DNA of 64,000 bases, taken from IMG/VR virus record IMGVR_UViG_3300033047_000016; one strand, given 5' to 3'. This DNA comes from a virus. Made by a program: the position numbers and the translations under genes. Below are positions 18,001-26,864 of this stretch, piece after piece; within the stretch, counting starts at the first letter, position 1, and each line of letters starts with the position of its first letter. The notes beneath the pieces are model-generated. The model was not told where the DNA came from. It worked only from the letters and a program-made list of their open reading frames with translations, and searched no databases.

Positions 18001-18777
18001 TTTGGACTCCGGGTGACGTGACAAGCCCCATGTATTTTTACCTTTGTCCGCGCCAACCAACCACGCCAGCAATGGCATGTCTGAGCGCTGCCAGTCTTTG
18101 TCTTGCGTGTTGCGGCGGTCGTGTTGCCCGTACATGTTGCCGGTCATGCAGACGAATGGCTTATTCAGTAGCTCCTGCATTTCTTCTGTGCTTTCGCCCA
18201 GAAGTTCTGCGTCATTCATCATCTGAATTTCAGTCAGTTCTGGCTCCGAATCTTCTTCAGGAGATTCCGATTCTCCCTCTTCGTCAGCCACCACAGAATC
18301 CTCCAACGGTACCTGTGTATATACATCGTCAGTGACATCGTCACCCCCTTCTGATTGTGTATCTGCCAGCACATCATCAGGCACCGCGCTGACGCGCGAC
18401 ACTAAGTCTTCGAACAGATGTAATGGAGAATTGTCGCCAAGCGCATAGGACCAACCAAGACCCACAGGAATATCCAACGAGAATACATCTTGGTCAACCT
18501 TATCAGCGCTGACAGGAACGTCAAGGACGTATATTCCAAACACTTTGTCACCTTTAGTGTGCACCAGCGTCGCAAACTCTAAGGGAAGTGTGTCGGAAGC
18601 TACCGCAAACACCTCACCATCAAGTTCAAAGTCGAGTCTCCCATCAGGCATATCCATGATGAGTTGGTCTAAATCCAATGTCAGGTCTGTGATAGTGCGG
18701 TCTTCTACGTCGTCAAATACAACAAATCCGGTTTCGCCTTCACCAAAAATGTGGCTGGCAAGCTCTATGACGTTCAT
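15022..18777 (-). CDS. large primase/helicase-type replication protein
   Basis: AEP-like GLDVDSG, YTSHSH and KFRVILPL; Zn finger CPFEHEH...CKHDAC; P-loop-like PGTGASLL, YFDNI and LCGNN...RR. Confidence 0.75.
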   Translation of the reverse strand: MNVIELASHIFGEGETGFVVFDDVEDRTITDLTLDLDQLIMDMPDGRLDFELDGEVFAVASDTLPLEFATLVHTKGDKVFGIYVLDVPVSADKVDQDVFSLDIPVGLGWSYALGDNSPLHLFEDLVSRVSAVPDDVLADTQSEGGDDVTDDVYTQVPLEDSVVADEEGESESPEEDSEPELTEIQMMNDAELLGESTEEMQELLNKPFVCMTGNMYGQHDRRNTQDKDWQRSDMPLLAWLVGADKGKNTWGLSRHPESKTKEGASIVFADAIGGSRKDAAIETMSSIGLDVDSGASLDVVIEKLKKLGLFAIVYTSHSHGKTKLELKHDDIMRKMKLDATPNRAQVQQYMREHHKDRYDEPFIDSIKVIEFRKQTAEGLRVIIETPPLDKFRVILPLAVPVKLSDLAPTVTGWKEVWADAVTGVAVNMIDVSFDSTSCDVNRLFFTPRHPPGAEWYSAIIQGTPLRFEDIEPYSKATYVKTRGAGEDPFMEGTGGNGADDRDTFYSPKGLNLNRWHTKHKERFMMADVIESFCQDKLRKAGGEKVGSVHLECPFEHEHTTEGGTATMAMNPDANSEHGYWTMFCKHDACQGRDKLEFLKQMLDDAWFDETLLRDDEWNMGEADSPEDVVEEEAGPKTPEQEAAEFTNDSTEAKIRKFIKRHFKLGADLTTQGAINDVLSTQTRLNKTQLRKMWADVRNDHARRQREEAAENNQDTDAIPVVNQWDFSEMVSWGNKRIQDANAERPRLFHYIDDVARIEETADRLPRIRMLTEKQFSAEMNQFTKWHHISAMGDIERRRAVSIPTEVVSQLFSSAHTVYPKLRGLVTTPTFTRDGALITTPGYHESGLFYWNDGVLDVPQVPDVPTEEDVAKAKRLLVEEVFADFPLGGLTRDEIVETALNPASAGVPALTNATAMLLLMFCRDMVDGPTPGHLLTKPSPGTGASLLTDVCSIIANGEVTAAMSIPTNKEEMSKTLLTILSDGSNIIYFDNIGDSVDSGELASALTSPKYKGRQLGKTQSIETEVRAVWVLCGNNVRLSPELVRRLVMVDLNANISSPESRTGWRHGDIRGWIADNRGELVWACLTLIQNWVANGMEGDSSVVLNSYENWSRVMGGILRDAGMGGFLANRDELKERASDGGEDDITLFLDAWWTTFIDKPVLMRSADQSEPDLIQMAIQGDLQLPLRLKRSVDDEPTYDPRNFGKFLGTYEGRVMALSDGTEAQVLRGKRGKSGYYWYLKVTQQAPESNVDL

Positions 18778-18803
18778 TCTTAATCCTCTCGTGGCAAGGG
18801 TGA

Positions 18804-18832
18804 ACCCTATACCTACTTTACTCGACTGGCAA
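18804..18832 (-). promoter_or_regulatory. sigma70-like promoter for the primase gene
   Basis: TTGCCA-N17-TAGGGT on minus strand. Confidence 0.55.
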
Positions 18833-18855
18833 CCCTTTGAAAACTTTGGGTCAGT

Positions 18856-19029
18856 TTAGCTGCGCGGAAACTTTTTACGCATGTGGCGGCGCGCAGCCAA
18901 AAAGGCACGCCGCTGCTTGCGGTTACCCTCAAGGGGTGGTGTCTTAGACGAAATGGCACGCAACTTATCCCCAACGGGGCGTAGCGGCATATTCATTTCC
19001 TGTAACATCAATTTGTCACTTTTTTGCAT
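18856..19029 (-). CDS. small basic protein (57 aa)
   Basis: Manual translation MQKSDKL...GNRKQRRAFLAARRHMRKKFPRS; TGATG coupling. Confidence 0.6.
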   Translation of the reverse strand: MQKSDKLMLQEMNMPLRPVGDKLRAISSKTPPLEGNRKQRRAFLAARRHMRKKFPRS

Positions 19030-20195
19030 CAGTCGCGTCTTTCTGAGGTAAATCCGTAGTCAAGTACCACCCCAAACCTCGGGATTCCGTCTGGAGTCAA
19101 CTCAAAATATCGAACTGTTGCCCACACAGGGACGCTATCGTCAGTAAAGAGTTCAGCCATGTGTTCGTATGTACCACGAACGCCCGCACCAAAGTGTACA
19201 CCAGAAGGAAGTGACAAAGTGAAACGCTTCACTGCCCCAGCCCAATTACCGTCACCCTCGTGGACGCTGACAACTGGAAACTCTTCTGTGATGAACTCTT
19301 TACGCTTAATCAAGGAGTTTGACCGGCGGTGATCATACGGGGTGTCCAAACGGATCATCTGCCCTTCATACCCTTCCGCAGTCCAGCGACCGTACAAGGC
19401 GTCAAGTTGCTCCATGGAAGTTACTTTGCGAGTCTGGACGATACGCAGGCACCCATCATTAGGTATTTTCAATAGAACATTACCCAATTCGGCCTGACGA
19501 CGACTGAACAAACTATCGGCATCGACGATGTCATATATGTGATACTGCAACAGCGTCTGCGCCTTTTTAAGCTCAGCGTCTGTCAGTGTTTGCTTTCTTA
19601 CCAGAGAAGTTATCGTGTTAAAATCGTCGTGCAAGTCATGGTTGTATAGTTCCCCGTCGAGGACAATATCAGGATTTTCCGCAAATACTGGCTTCAACGC
19701 ATCGAAGATGTGTTTGGCTGAGATTGAGATTGGTTTGCCAGTTCTGGTCCACAACCCGTCGGCCCGCGCAATACAGCGGATTCCATCCAGTTTAGGCTGA
19801 GCGTGCACGCCAGCTTCCACCGACACATGCTTCTGGCGGTCTTCCCATTTGGTGGCCAACATAGGTTTAACAAACGGAACCTCATCAACGGCCCCGATAT
19901 CTTCGAAATAACCGCGAGCGAGTTTCTTCTTATATAGGGCGACAATCTCAGCACGCGCCTGCCCAACCGAAGTCGTTTCGTTCTTCTTTCCAACGTTCTT
20001 TGGAACACCAACGGTCCAACCAGAGTTGGTTTCCTTACCATCCAGAACCCCAGACACGACGCGATGGGCACCAGTAAGGCCACCACCTTTTACGACTTCT
20101 CCGAATTCCATTTTCCACGTGCGTACTTCACCTTTGACGCCGCGCTTATATAGAACAGCACTCCCAACAATATCACCGAACATTGATTTCTCCAT
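19029..20195 (-). CDS. lig: ATP-dependent DNA ligase
   Basis: KPMLA, QPKLDGIRC, LDGELY, YEGQMIR, LIKRKEF and PRFG motifs. Confidence 0.93.
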   Translation of the reverse strand: MEKSMFGDIVGSAVLYKRGVKGEVRTWKMEFGEVVKGGGLTGAHRVVSGVLDGKETNSGWTVGVPKNVGKKNETTSVGQARAEIVALYKKKLARGYFEDIGAVDEVPFVKPMLATKWEDRQKHVSVEAGVHAQPKLDGIRCIARADGLWTRTGKPISISAKHIFDALKPVFAENPDIVLDGELYNHDLHDDFNTITSLVRKQTLTDAELKKAQTLLQYHIYDIVDADSLFSRRQAELGNVLLKIPNDGCLRIVQTRKVTSMEQLDALYGRWTAEGYEGQMIRLDTPYDHRRSNSLIKRKEFITEEFPVVSVHEGDGNWAGAVKRFTLSLPSGVHFGAGVRGTYEHMAELFTDDSVPVWATVRYFELTPDGIPRFGVVLDYGFTSERRD

Positions 20196-20214
20196 TTATT
20201 TTTTACACACATAG

Positions 20215-20254
20215 CCCAAAAAGAAATTACGCGCAAGAACTTTCTTGCGCGTAA
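20215..20254 (-). terminator. intrinsic terminator after nadV (13-bp perfect inverted repeat)
   Basis: TTACGCGCAAGAA-CT-TTCTTGCGCGTAA at 20227-20254, followed by TTTCTTTTT on minus strand; overlaps a TTGCGC-N17-TATGTG promoter for the ligase. Confidence 0.7.
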
Positions 20255-20270
20255 CATAGAATTGTTGCGC

Positions 20271-21668
20271 TTAAAGTGAGGCGCGCTCCCGAATGGCCTC
20301 AAACGTGTCGTCAACAAGAAGCTTTCCATTCTTGTACACTGGGCGCAGATAGTTTTTCTCTGACCCATGTGCTCCGACAACCAAACTGTCGCGGCGCACA
20401 GTTTTGAACCCGAACCCACGCTTAACTAGGGCTTGCATACCCTTCTTTGACTTCTTGTCATGATCTGTCATAGGGTCTTTGTACACGTCCTGCCACACAC
20501 CATCAATCTCGATTGCGTTAGCCTTCATGGCATATTTCAAGGTATCCCTGTCGATCTTTTGCAGCAGACCACCGCCCATACCAACAGCGAAATTGTCCCC
20601 TGAGATACCGTGATCGTGCGCAGCAATCACCAATTGAGTGATCTTTTCGATATCCATGCCATCACCTTGAAGCACACGAATTTGCGGCGGAAGAACCTTG
20701 AACCCCTTGGAATTAGTCGTATAACCGAACTGTTCCATAAGAATTTCGATGATATTGAGAGGCATATGGACAGGATCACCACTGTCCGGGCGGGCCACAA
20801 ATACCCCGTCTCTGGCCATGATACGGTCGCGCAGCTTACCGCCAATGATATTGCGCGCAAAGTGCACAGCATCATAGCTGTCAATAACACAGGCGAGCAT
20901 GCCGGTGGGGTGTGCGTCGAGATAGTGCTCCAACATGGCTACTTCGCCATCGCGACCCCAAGCTGTCACAGTGCTGTGCTCTGATGCTGGGATAGAGAAT
21001 CCAACCGGACCATCGGCATTGTAATACATGATTGGTCCGATAAGCGCCTCGACGGTATCGGTGCCCATGAAGTTCACCAAGTGACCCATTCCACCAAGCA
21101 TTGCTGCCTCGGAACATGACGCACCACGTGAGCCAAAGTCGTGTAGTTTGAATGGGATTTCTGCATCTGGATTGTCGGACGTAATCCGCAAGCCGTTGTA
21201 AATAATCTTCTTCACCTTTCGGCTCACGGTGGCAACTGTTGATGGATACCAAACAGCGCGCAGCAGGGCCGTTTCCACGTAGGAGGTAAGCCAAGGAAGG
21301 CGCGGATCAGTGTTGACGACCTGCACCTGAATGTTGCCAGTGGGTAGTACAGTACCTTCAGCAACGGCACTGATTTCGATTGGTAACAACCCATCATGCT
21401 CGTTGACGATGATCATCCAGTCAGCTTCATTGAACGGTTCTCCGTGGGCCTCAAGAAGCTTTTTGGCCATCTTTACATCATCCGAAGTGATCGGGGTAAG
21501 AAGGTATTCTTTGATGAACGCCTGTAATCCGAAGAACACAGTTTCCCGGAACTTACCGCCGCGCGCTTCGATATAGGACGACACACGCGTAGCATTTTCA
21601 GGATACTGAGCGAAGTGAGACACCTTGTAAGAGTCGGTGCGGGTGATTACATTAAGTAGTTTGTGCAT
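20271..21668 (-). CDS. nadV: nicotinamide phosphoribosyltransferase
   Basis: TDSYKVSH, LHDFGSRG, PASEHS, DSYD, RPDSGDP, LQGDG and GMGGGLLQ motifs. Confidence 0.97.
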   Translation of the reverse strand: MHKLLNVITRTDSYKVSHFAQYPENATRVSSYIEARGGKFRETVFFGLQAFIKEYLLTPITSDDVKMAKKLLEAHGEPFNEADWMIIVNEHDGLLPIEISAVAEGTVLPTGNIQVQVVNTDPRLPWLTSYVETALLRAVWYPSTVATVSRKVKKIIYNGLRITSDNPDAEIPFKLHDFGSRGASCSEAAMLGGMGHLVNFMGTDTVEALIGPIMYYNADGPVGFSIPASEHSTVTAWGRDGEVAMLEHYLDAHPTGMLACVIDSYDAVHFARNIIGGKLRDRIMARDGVFVARPDSGDPVHMPLNIIEILMEQFGYTTNSKGFKVLPPQIRVLQGDGMDIEKITQLVIAAHDHGISGDNFAVGMGGGLLQKIDRDTLKYAMKANAIEIDGVWQDVYKDPMTDHDKKSKKGMQALVKRGFGFKTVRRDSLVVGAHGSEKNYLRPVYKNGKLLVDDTFEAIRERASL

Positions 21669-21712
21669 TAGAAAATCCCTTTCTATATTGCGTCCACAGG
21701 TCTATCCTGTGG
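21669..21712 (-). promoter_or_regulatory. two-hairpin leader element before nadV
   Basis: CCACAGG-ATAGA-CCTGTGG, ACGC, then TAGAAA-GGGAT-TTTCTA directly before ATG. Confidence 0.7.
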
Positions 21713-22238
21713 TTATGATGGATTCACATTTGAATCCTTTGTGTAATTTCCATTCCCCTGACATCACCCGGTACAACCCTGATACATCCATCCCCATTTC
21801 ACGACAAAAAGCAGATAAACCGTGAATAACTTCTTTCTTACCGCAGGGGTGTGTCACCAAATATTTCTTGGCGCGAGGGTGTGCAGAGCCGCCCCGCCCC
21901 TTCATCGGACTTGTGTGACCTAATTCACGGTATCTGTGTCTATGGTTATCACCGCGCGTCAACCACTCCAGATTAACCAAACGATTGTCAGATTTATTGC
22001 CATTAAGATGGTTACAATCCATCCCATCACCACCACCGACAAAGGCTTGTAACACCAGCCGGTGGATATAGCGGCGCATAGGTTTCTTCTTCCAAGTACG
22101 TAGATTTACTTGAAAATATCCTGATCCATTGTGGCACGGTTGAAGTATTCTACCAGAATTATAGTTTGATCGCACACGCCCTTCGGAAGACACTTCGTAC
22201 ATACCTCCCGTGTTTGGCACATGCGCCCATCTTTCCAT
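21702..22238 (-). mobile_element. NUMOD4-HNH homing endonuclease inserted in the NAD operon
   Basis: YEVSSEGRVRS (NUMOD4); IHRLV and CNHLNGNKSDNRLVNLEW (HNH). Confidence 0.9.
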
Positions 22239-23266
22239 CAGATTTGCACCATACACTGAATCAAATCGAAATGGTCTTCGAACAGCGCATCGCGGCGCAG
22301 GTTTGCGATAGGAACCCATTTTGCTTTTGCAGCGTCGTCTCCACCACGTATTTTCGGTAGCTCGGTATTGTCCCGTAGGTCAATTTTGAACGCGGTAGTA
22401 ACTGTGCGGCCACGCTGCGATCTATAAGGATCGTCGAATACCTGCCAACTTGTGATGCTGCGATTCAGGAATTCAGGGCGAAGATTGATATTTGTTTCTT
22501 CGATCAACTCTCTAATAGCAGCGTCGCGTGGCGATTCATAACGGTTTACAAATCCGCCCGGAAGCGCCCACAACCCTTTTCCGGGTTGGGCACCACGTTT
22601 AACTAGAAGAATGTGGCCAGATTGAACAACAATTGCGTCGGCAGTATAAAATACCGGTGGATAGGGGGCAAACTCCCACTGCTTGGCATAGGAGATAAGA
22701 TGTTCCTGTTCTGCTTTTACCTGCTTGTAGGCATCGGACATTTGCCAATCTTCCAGCCAGTCTGATACTTCCGCCGGTAAGTGCCACCCATCTGACGTGG
22801 GGCGGTGGCCTTTGAATAAGGCGTTACGAATACCCGTCGCATTCAAATTATTGAAGTTAGGAACTTCTACAGAATCCCACGTAGGGAAACTGCGCAAATA
22901 GAACGAAGACTGGTCTTTTGAGTGTCCGATCAATCCTATGTGTACTGGATCAGGAGTGAACGGCGTGTTGGCAACAGTCATGACTCCAGCCTGAACTCCA
23001 CCCAACCATCGCTGCAAATTATACACGTGATCAACCTGTGGGACGAAGTGGATATAACCAGCAGCGACTTCGTCCGGGTAAACGGCTGAAATCATTGCAA
23101 TACGTTCTGTGGTTGTGAATGGGTTTCGCGCGGTGCGCGGCTGCTGATCGCTCCCAATCACAATAGCCACTTTTTTGGCGCGCATTAGGGCAGTATCAAC
23201 GACAGCCTTGTGTCCCATGTGGAACGGCTGAAAACGGCCAATGAAAGCCAGTACATCATAATCCAT
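22238..23266 (-). CDS. nadM: bifunctional NMN adenylyltransferase / ADP-ribose pyrophosphatase (NadM-Nudix)
   Basis: IGRFQPFHMGH, RNPF, NATGIR; Nudix box GGFV..YESPRDAAIRELIEET; GGDDA; FEDH. Confidence 0.95.
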   Translation of the reverse strand: MDYDVLAFIGRFQPFHMGHKAVVDTALMRAKKVAIVIGSDQQPRTARNPFTTTERIAMISAVYPDEVAAGYIHFVPQVDHVYNLQRWLGGVQAGVMTVANTPFTPDPVHIGLIGHSKDQSSFYLRSFPTWDSVEVPNFNNLNATGIRNALFKGHRPTSDGWHLPAEVSDWLEDWQMSDAYKQVKAEQEHLISYAKQWEFAPYPPVFYTADAIVVQSGHILLVKRGAQPGKGLWALPGGFVNRYESPRDAAIRELIEETNINLRPEFLNRSITSWQVFDDPYRSQRGRTVTTAFKIDLRDNTELPKIRGGDDAAKAKWVPIANLRRDALFEDHFDLIQCMVQI

Positions 23267-23308
23267 AACGAAATCCCTTCGTTTGTATGCGTCTGTCTAT
23301 CCAACGAC
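23267..23308 (-). promoter_or_regulatory. two-hairpin leader element before nadM-Nudix
   Basis: GTCGTTGG-ATAGA-CAGAC GC, then AACGAA-GGGAT-TTCGTT directly before ATG. Confidence 0.7.
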
Positions 23309-23316
23309 TTGTTGTT

Positions 23317-23345
23317 GGTATACACCCGCTGACGCGGGCTGTCAA
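23317..23345 (-). promoter_or_regulatory. sigma70-like promoter of the NAD operon; spacer holds the CCCGC-GTCA-GCGGG hairpin
   Basis: TTGACA-N17-TATACC on minus strand. Confidence 0.7.
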
Positions 23346-23346
23346 G

Positions 23347-23832
23347 TCAATATAGTCCGGGATTGTGTAATCCATCAGAGAATGTGAAAGTTTCCACATT
23401 TCCACCTGTGTAAGCATCATAGTGCATAGCCGTTTTAACTGACTCTTCTGCTGATTTTCCTGCATGCAAAGCACCAAGCGCATAGGTGGAACCACTTCCT
23501 ATAGCTTCGTACTCACCGGTCAAGCGCAGGGAACTACCATCACTACCGATTGACCAGATGCGGCGGTCTTTCCCAACCAGCATGACAGTGCCAGATAATT
23601 CCCCCATATCTGGCATGTCTTCCAAATGCAGATAGAAATCTTGAGGAGCGACATCGTCTGGGATTAAATCAATCCACGCATACATGCGGTGCATTATAGC
23701 CAAGTGCCCAACGAAACCAAACAGATAATCGTCCAACCTACCAACTTTTTTCACGCCGTTACAAAGCTCACTGTTGAACGACATCATAGTATCCCCGGCG
23801 ATGATTCCGTCTTTGTAACAAATAGTACTCAT
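23347..23832 (-). CDS. proteasome-subunit/HslV-like Ntn peptidase
   Basis: N-terminal STI.Y.DG.IAGD and AIGSGSTYALGAL...D.YTGG. Confidence 0.8.
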   Translation of the reverse strand: MSTICYKDGIIAGDTMMSFNSELCNGVKKVGRLDDYLFGFVGHLAIMHRMYAWIDLIPDDVAPQDFYLHLEDMPDMGELSGTVMLVGKDRRIWSIGSDGSSLRLTGEYEAIGSGSTYALGALHAGKSAEESVKTAMHYDAYTGGNVETFTFSDGLHNPGLY

Positions 23833-24326
23833 GTGTTGACCACCAGCACTTTGTCAAACCCTTCCGCCTCTGTGGGCACCACCATGCAGTTGCGCATAGA
23901 AAGGTCGATGTGGTCCGGGATGGTCTTACCCGGACGCCCCAACAAGCGCGTCTGCCGCGTGGTTTCGTCCGTCTGCACAAAAATGCAGAGAGTGAAATAT
24001 GTCGCAGGAATCTGAGACAGCACACCCTTCCGCTTCTTCTCAGTCAGGTTGGTCTGATCCCAGACAATCGACGCACCATCCTTCAGTGCTTGCTTAAACG
24101 CCGCATGAACTGCGGAGGTGGCAGGCTTAATCTCCGCAGCAAACACGTCGTTATATGTCAACCCACGCCACCCAGCGGCGTCCTCGATCAAGTCGTCCGT
24201 AGACAGATGTACACCATCACCCTCGAATTGGGCACGAATTGTGCTTTTACCAGACGCTGGGAGTCCGCTCAACATAACGAAGAACGGCCCCGAATGTTGT
24301 ATCCCGCTCAAAAAACCATCGTTCAT
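23829..24326 (-). CDS. polynucleotide kinase-like P-loop protein (AAA_33)
   Basis: LSGLPASGKST, STDD and VWDQTNL...R motifs. Confidence 0.85.
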   Translation of the reverse strand: MNDGFLSGIQHSGPFFVMLSGLPASGKSTIRAQFEGDGVHLSTDDLIEDAAGWRGLTYNDVFAAEIKPATSAVHAAFKQALKDGASIVWDQTNLTEKKRKGVLSQIPATYFTLCIFVQTDETTRQTRLLGRPGKTIPDHIDLSMRNCMVVPTEAEGFDKVLVVNT

Positions 24327-25585
24327 TTTGAATCCTCCTTAATATTCCATTCGTTGTCAAGCGCAGTGAATACCGTGCTATCAACAAGACTTTGACGCAT
24401 TTCAGCCCACTTCGTTTCCGATGTCAAGCCGCTATTTATGATCTTCATGACTCCGTCATATGGTGTCTCAACTTTACCATCCCACAAGCCAAACACTTGT
24501 GCACGCTCCAGATTGGTCAAATCTCCTTCGGAACCTATGGCGAAGTCCTTCTTAGATACATAACCATCCCGTGACCTATTGTAAAGAGCCGAGACGTCTG
24601 TAGCCAAGGTATAGACAAAACCCCAGAACGAGTCAACATACGCTGACACCTTTTTACGCTCGTCCTCCGGCAACAGCGGCAACAAGTCGTCAACCTTCCC
24701 TTCAAGGATGGCCTCAACAAGAGTACGCTCAGTACGCGACGCCTCTTTCACCTTGTGCAAGATGCTGTACGTAGCCGTCTTCACCTTCACACGGTGACCA
24801 CTTTCCCACTGTACGACGATGCCTTCATCAAAATCGTCGCTGGCTTTAACAGCGTCGATGTAGAGTGTCGGATCACCTTCAATAGGATCGTAAGTACGCG
24901 CTGACGGAACGCCAAAACGTTTTGCAATTGCAGCCACCGCGTCCGGCAACATGTACCGCCCACTGTCGTTGTAGCGAATGGCTAGAAGGACCATATCAGG
25001 TTCCTCGCCATAGTTAACCACAATGCGATTTGCAGGAGATATGTATTCGAACAATGGCGTGTAGCCGTGCTCTATGTAGTAATTAGCAATCGCTGCGTAG
25101 CGCGGATGCTGCTGAATCCACGCCTCGGCGTCCAACGCGGTGTCGGTGATGCCCATCTTTGTGCCCCAGCGGATGCCCGCAGAAGTCCACAACGGACGCA
25201 GCATTGACCCGTCAACCTTGTCACACACCCAGTGTGGCGCAGAGAAGTCCAACACAGAAATATCAACACCTTCGTTCTCACCGGCGTTGAAAAACTTGTG
25301 AAACGGACGAGAAGCCAGCGCACCTGATGCCGTGTGAAACGCGATACCGCGACACTCACGACGCACAGCGGCACGAAGGTTCCACTCGTCAACACAGTGC
25401 TGATCATATGGATCGTACGGGTACGCCTCTGTTTCAAACGGTGGGAAAGTGTCAGCGCCCATCTTCACATAGTTGATGAACGTGTGGCCACTATCTTTCT
25501 CAACAACGCGAAAACTGTCCTCGTCGATGTGTGGAAGAACGTGAGAAATGTGTTGGATGAGCGGGAAGTCGTAAGAATGTTCCAT
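24323..25585 (-). CDS. T4 Rnl1-family RNA ligase
   Basis: RECRGI, FHKFFN, KVDGS, FEY.SP.NRIVV.Y, EGIVV and KVK motifs. Confidence 0.9.
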   Translation of the reverse strand: MEHSYDFPLIQHISHVLPHIDEDSFRVVEKDSGHTFINYVKMGADTFPPFETEAYPYDPYDQHCVDEWNLRAAVRRECRGIAFHTASGALASRPFHKFFNAGENEGVDISVLDFSAPHWVCDKVDGSMLRPLWTSAGIRWGTKMGITDTALDAEAWIQQHPRYAAIANYYIEHGYTPLFEYISPANRIVVNYGEEPDMVLLAIRYNDSGRYMLPDAVAAIAKRFGVPSARTYDPIEGDPTLYIDAVKASDDFDEGIVVQWESGHRVKVKTATYSILHKVKEASRTERTLVEAILEGKVDDLLPLLPEDERKKVSAYVDSFWGFVYTLATDVSALYNRSRDGYVSKKDFAIGSEGDLTNLERAQVFGLWDGKVETPYDGVMKIINSGLTSETKWAEMRQSLVDSTVFTALDNEWNIKEDSK

Positions 25586-25598
25586 GGTTGTTCCTCCT

Positions 25599-25647
25599 TG
25601 ATTCGGTTATGTCAGCCGTTGATAGCGTCTTACAAGAACAATGTCAA
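25599..25647 (-). promoter_or_regulatory. sigma70-like promoter with downstream CGAATCA
   Basis: TTGACA-N17-TATCAA; CGAATCA-AGGAGG before ATG. Confidence 0.7.
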
Positions 25648-25652
25648 TATGA

Positions 25653-25916
25653 TCATTCGTCAGGTTCCAGATAGCGCCAAGCGAACTCTCTAAAACACAC
25701 CAACGCGATGCTAAGCATGGTTGTGGTAACGCCACCCGAACAACCATATGGCACAGAGTTAATGTAGTCAGATGCAGTCTTACGCAGCAGACATTCGCCG
25801 ATCATACCATCAGCCGAAAGACGTTCGTAATCCCCAAGCACTGTCTCCATATCTTCGTCAGACAGCGTTGATAATACGAAATCATCCAGCGTTTGCAGTT
25901 TCTTATCGGCGCTCAT
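25653..25916 (-). CDS. hypothetical protein
   Basis: Packed ORF. Confidence 0.65.
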   Translation of the reverse strand: MSADKKLQTLDDFVLSTLSDEDMETVLGDYERLSADGMIGECLLRKTASDYINSVPYGCSGGVTTTMLSIALVCFREFAWRYLEPDE

Positions 25917-26218
25917 GTTATGAACTCATTTGGTAGAACAGGAACCGCCGCGCGCCAGTGATTGAGTCCAGCATCCATAACCGACGCCAACCACTTTTCC
26001 GCGTATTCTTTGAAACATTCCGGTCCACACAGGTTTTCAAAATTCATTTGTGGCACATTGTACCCACTGTAACCATGTCGCGACCTGACATGCACATTAA
26101 CACACAACAGTTCGGTGTTGCGCCGAGAGAACCCAGAAACGAACGAATCCCCCTCCGCGTCACGGTAATCAACACGTTGTCCGCAGCAATCACATGTATA
26201 TTTAATCTCTTTTACCAT
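25913..26218 (-). CDS. hypothetical Cys-rich protein
   Basis: YTCDCCG...LCGPEC; GGAGG RBS. Confidence 0.7.
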   Translation of the reverse strand: MVKEIKYTCDCCGQRVDYRDAEGDSFVSGFSRRNTELLCVNVHVRSRHGYSGYNVPQMNFENLCGPECFKEYAEKWLASVMDAGLNHWRAAVPVLPNEFIT

Positions 26219-26864
26219 CTGGTTCCTCCATGGTCATAACGTTTTCACGCACATTAAAATTGTCTATCTTGGCGGCAAGCTCCACAAGTTTATCCGGGTC
26301 AAGATGCGGATTGTAAATGGACCGCCCTTTGTACCTGAACCACTCTTTTAGTTCGTGCATTTCAGCACGCTCAAGGGCGTGAAACACTATACCGACAACT
26401 TCTTGGCGACACATATGTGGCGACAGATAGTGCTTACCACCACGCCAAGGGTTCTTCTTCCCAGCTATTGGGTCAAAGGAAATCTCAGCCTCTTCGGTGA
26501 CGCCAATCTGAACCCACATACGATCACCATCAATACCGACACGGAAATACCACCCCGGTTTGTACGTGATCTGTCCGATAATTGCTCCGAATTCCAGCCA
26601 CTTAGCCGCCGCAGGATCGTGCCCACTGTAGCGCAGCTTGTACAGGGTTTCTTTGCCAAACAAGATTCTAAGCGATGCAACGGAGGCGTCCACATTCCCC
26701 GGCAACTTGATGGTGTTCTGATCGTGGTTGACTTTCATCATACCGCACGGTCCGGCCATGAGATACTCATGACCGTACCCGTCGGTTGCTCCGCAGCCGT
26801 CACAAATAACATCGTAATAGCTACTCATAGACGACCGCGTTTTGTGCGTTTCGTGCCACCCCAT
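26202..26864 (-). CDS. hypothetical protein
   Basis: ITYKPGW, WRG.K.YLS.HM and E.HE..EWFRY.G..IYNPH motifs. Confidence 0.7.
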   Translation of the reverse strand: MGWHETHKTRSSMSSYYDVICDGCGATDGYGHEYLMAGPCGMMKVNHDQNTIKLPGNVDASVASLRILFGKETLYKLRYSGHDPAAAKWLEFGAIIGQITYKPGWYFRVGIDGDRMWVQIGVTEEAEISFDPIAGKKNPWRGGKHYLSPHMCRQEVVGIVFHALERAEMHELKEWFRYKGRSIYNPHLDPDKLVELAAKIDNFNVRENVMTMEEPDGKRD

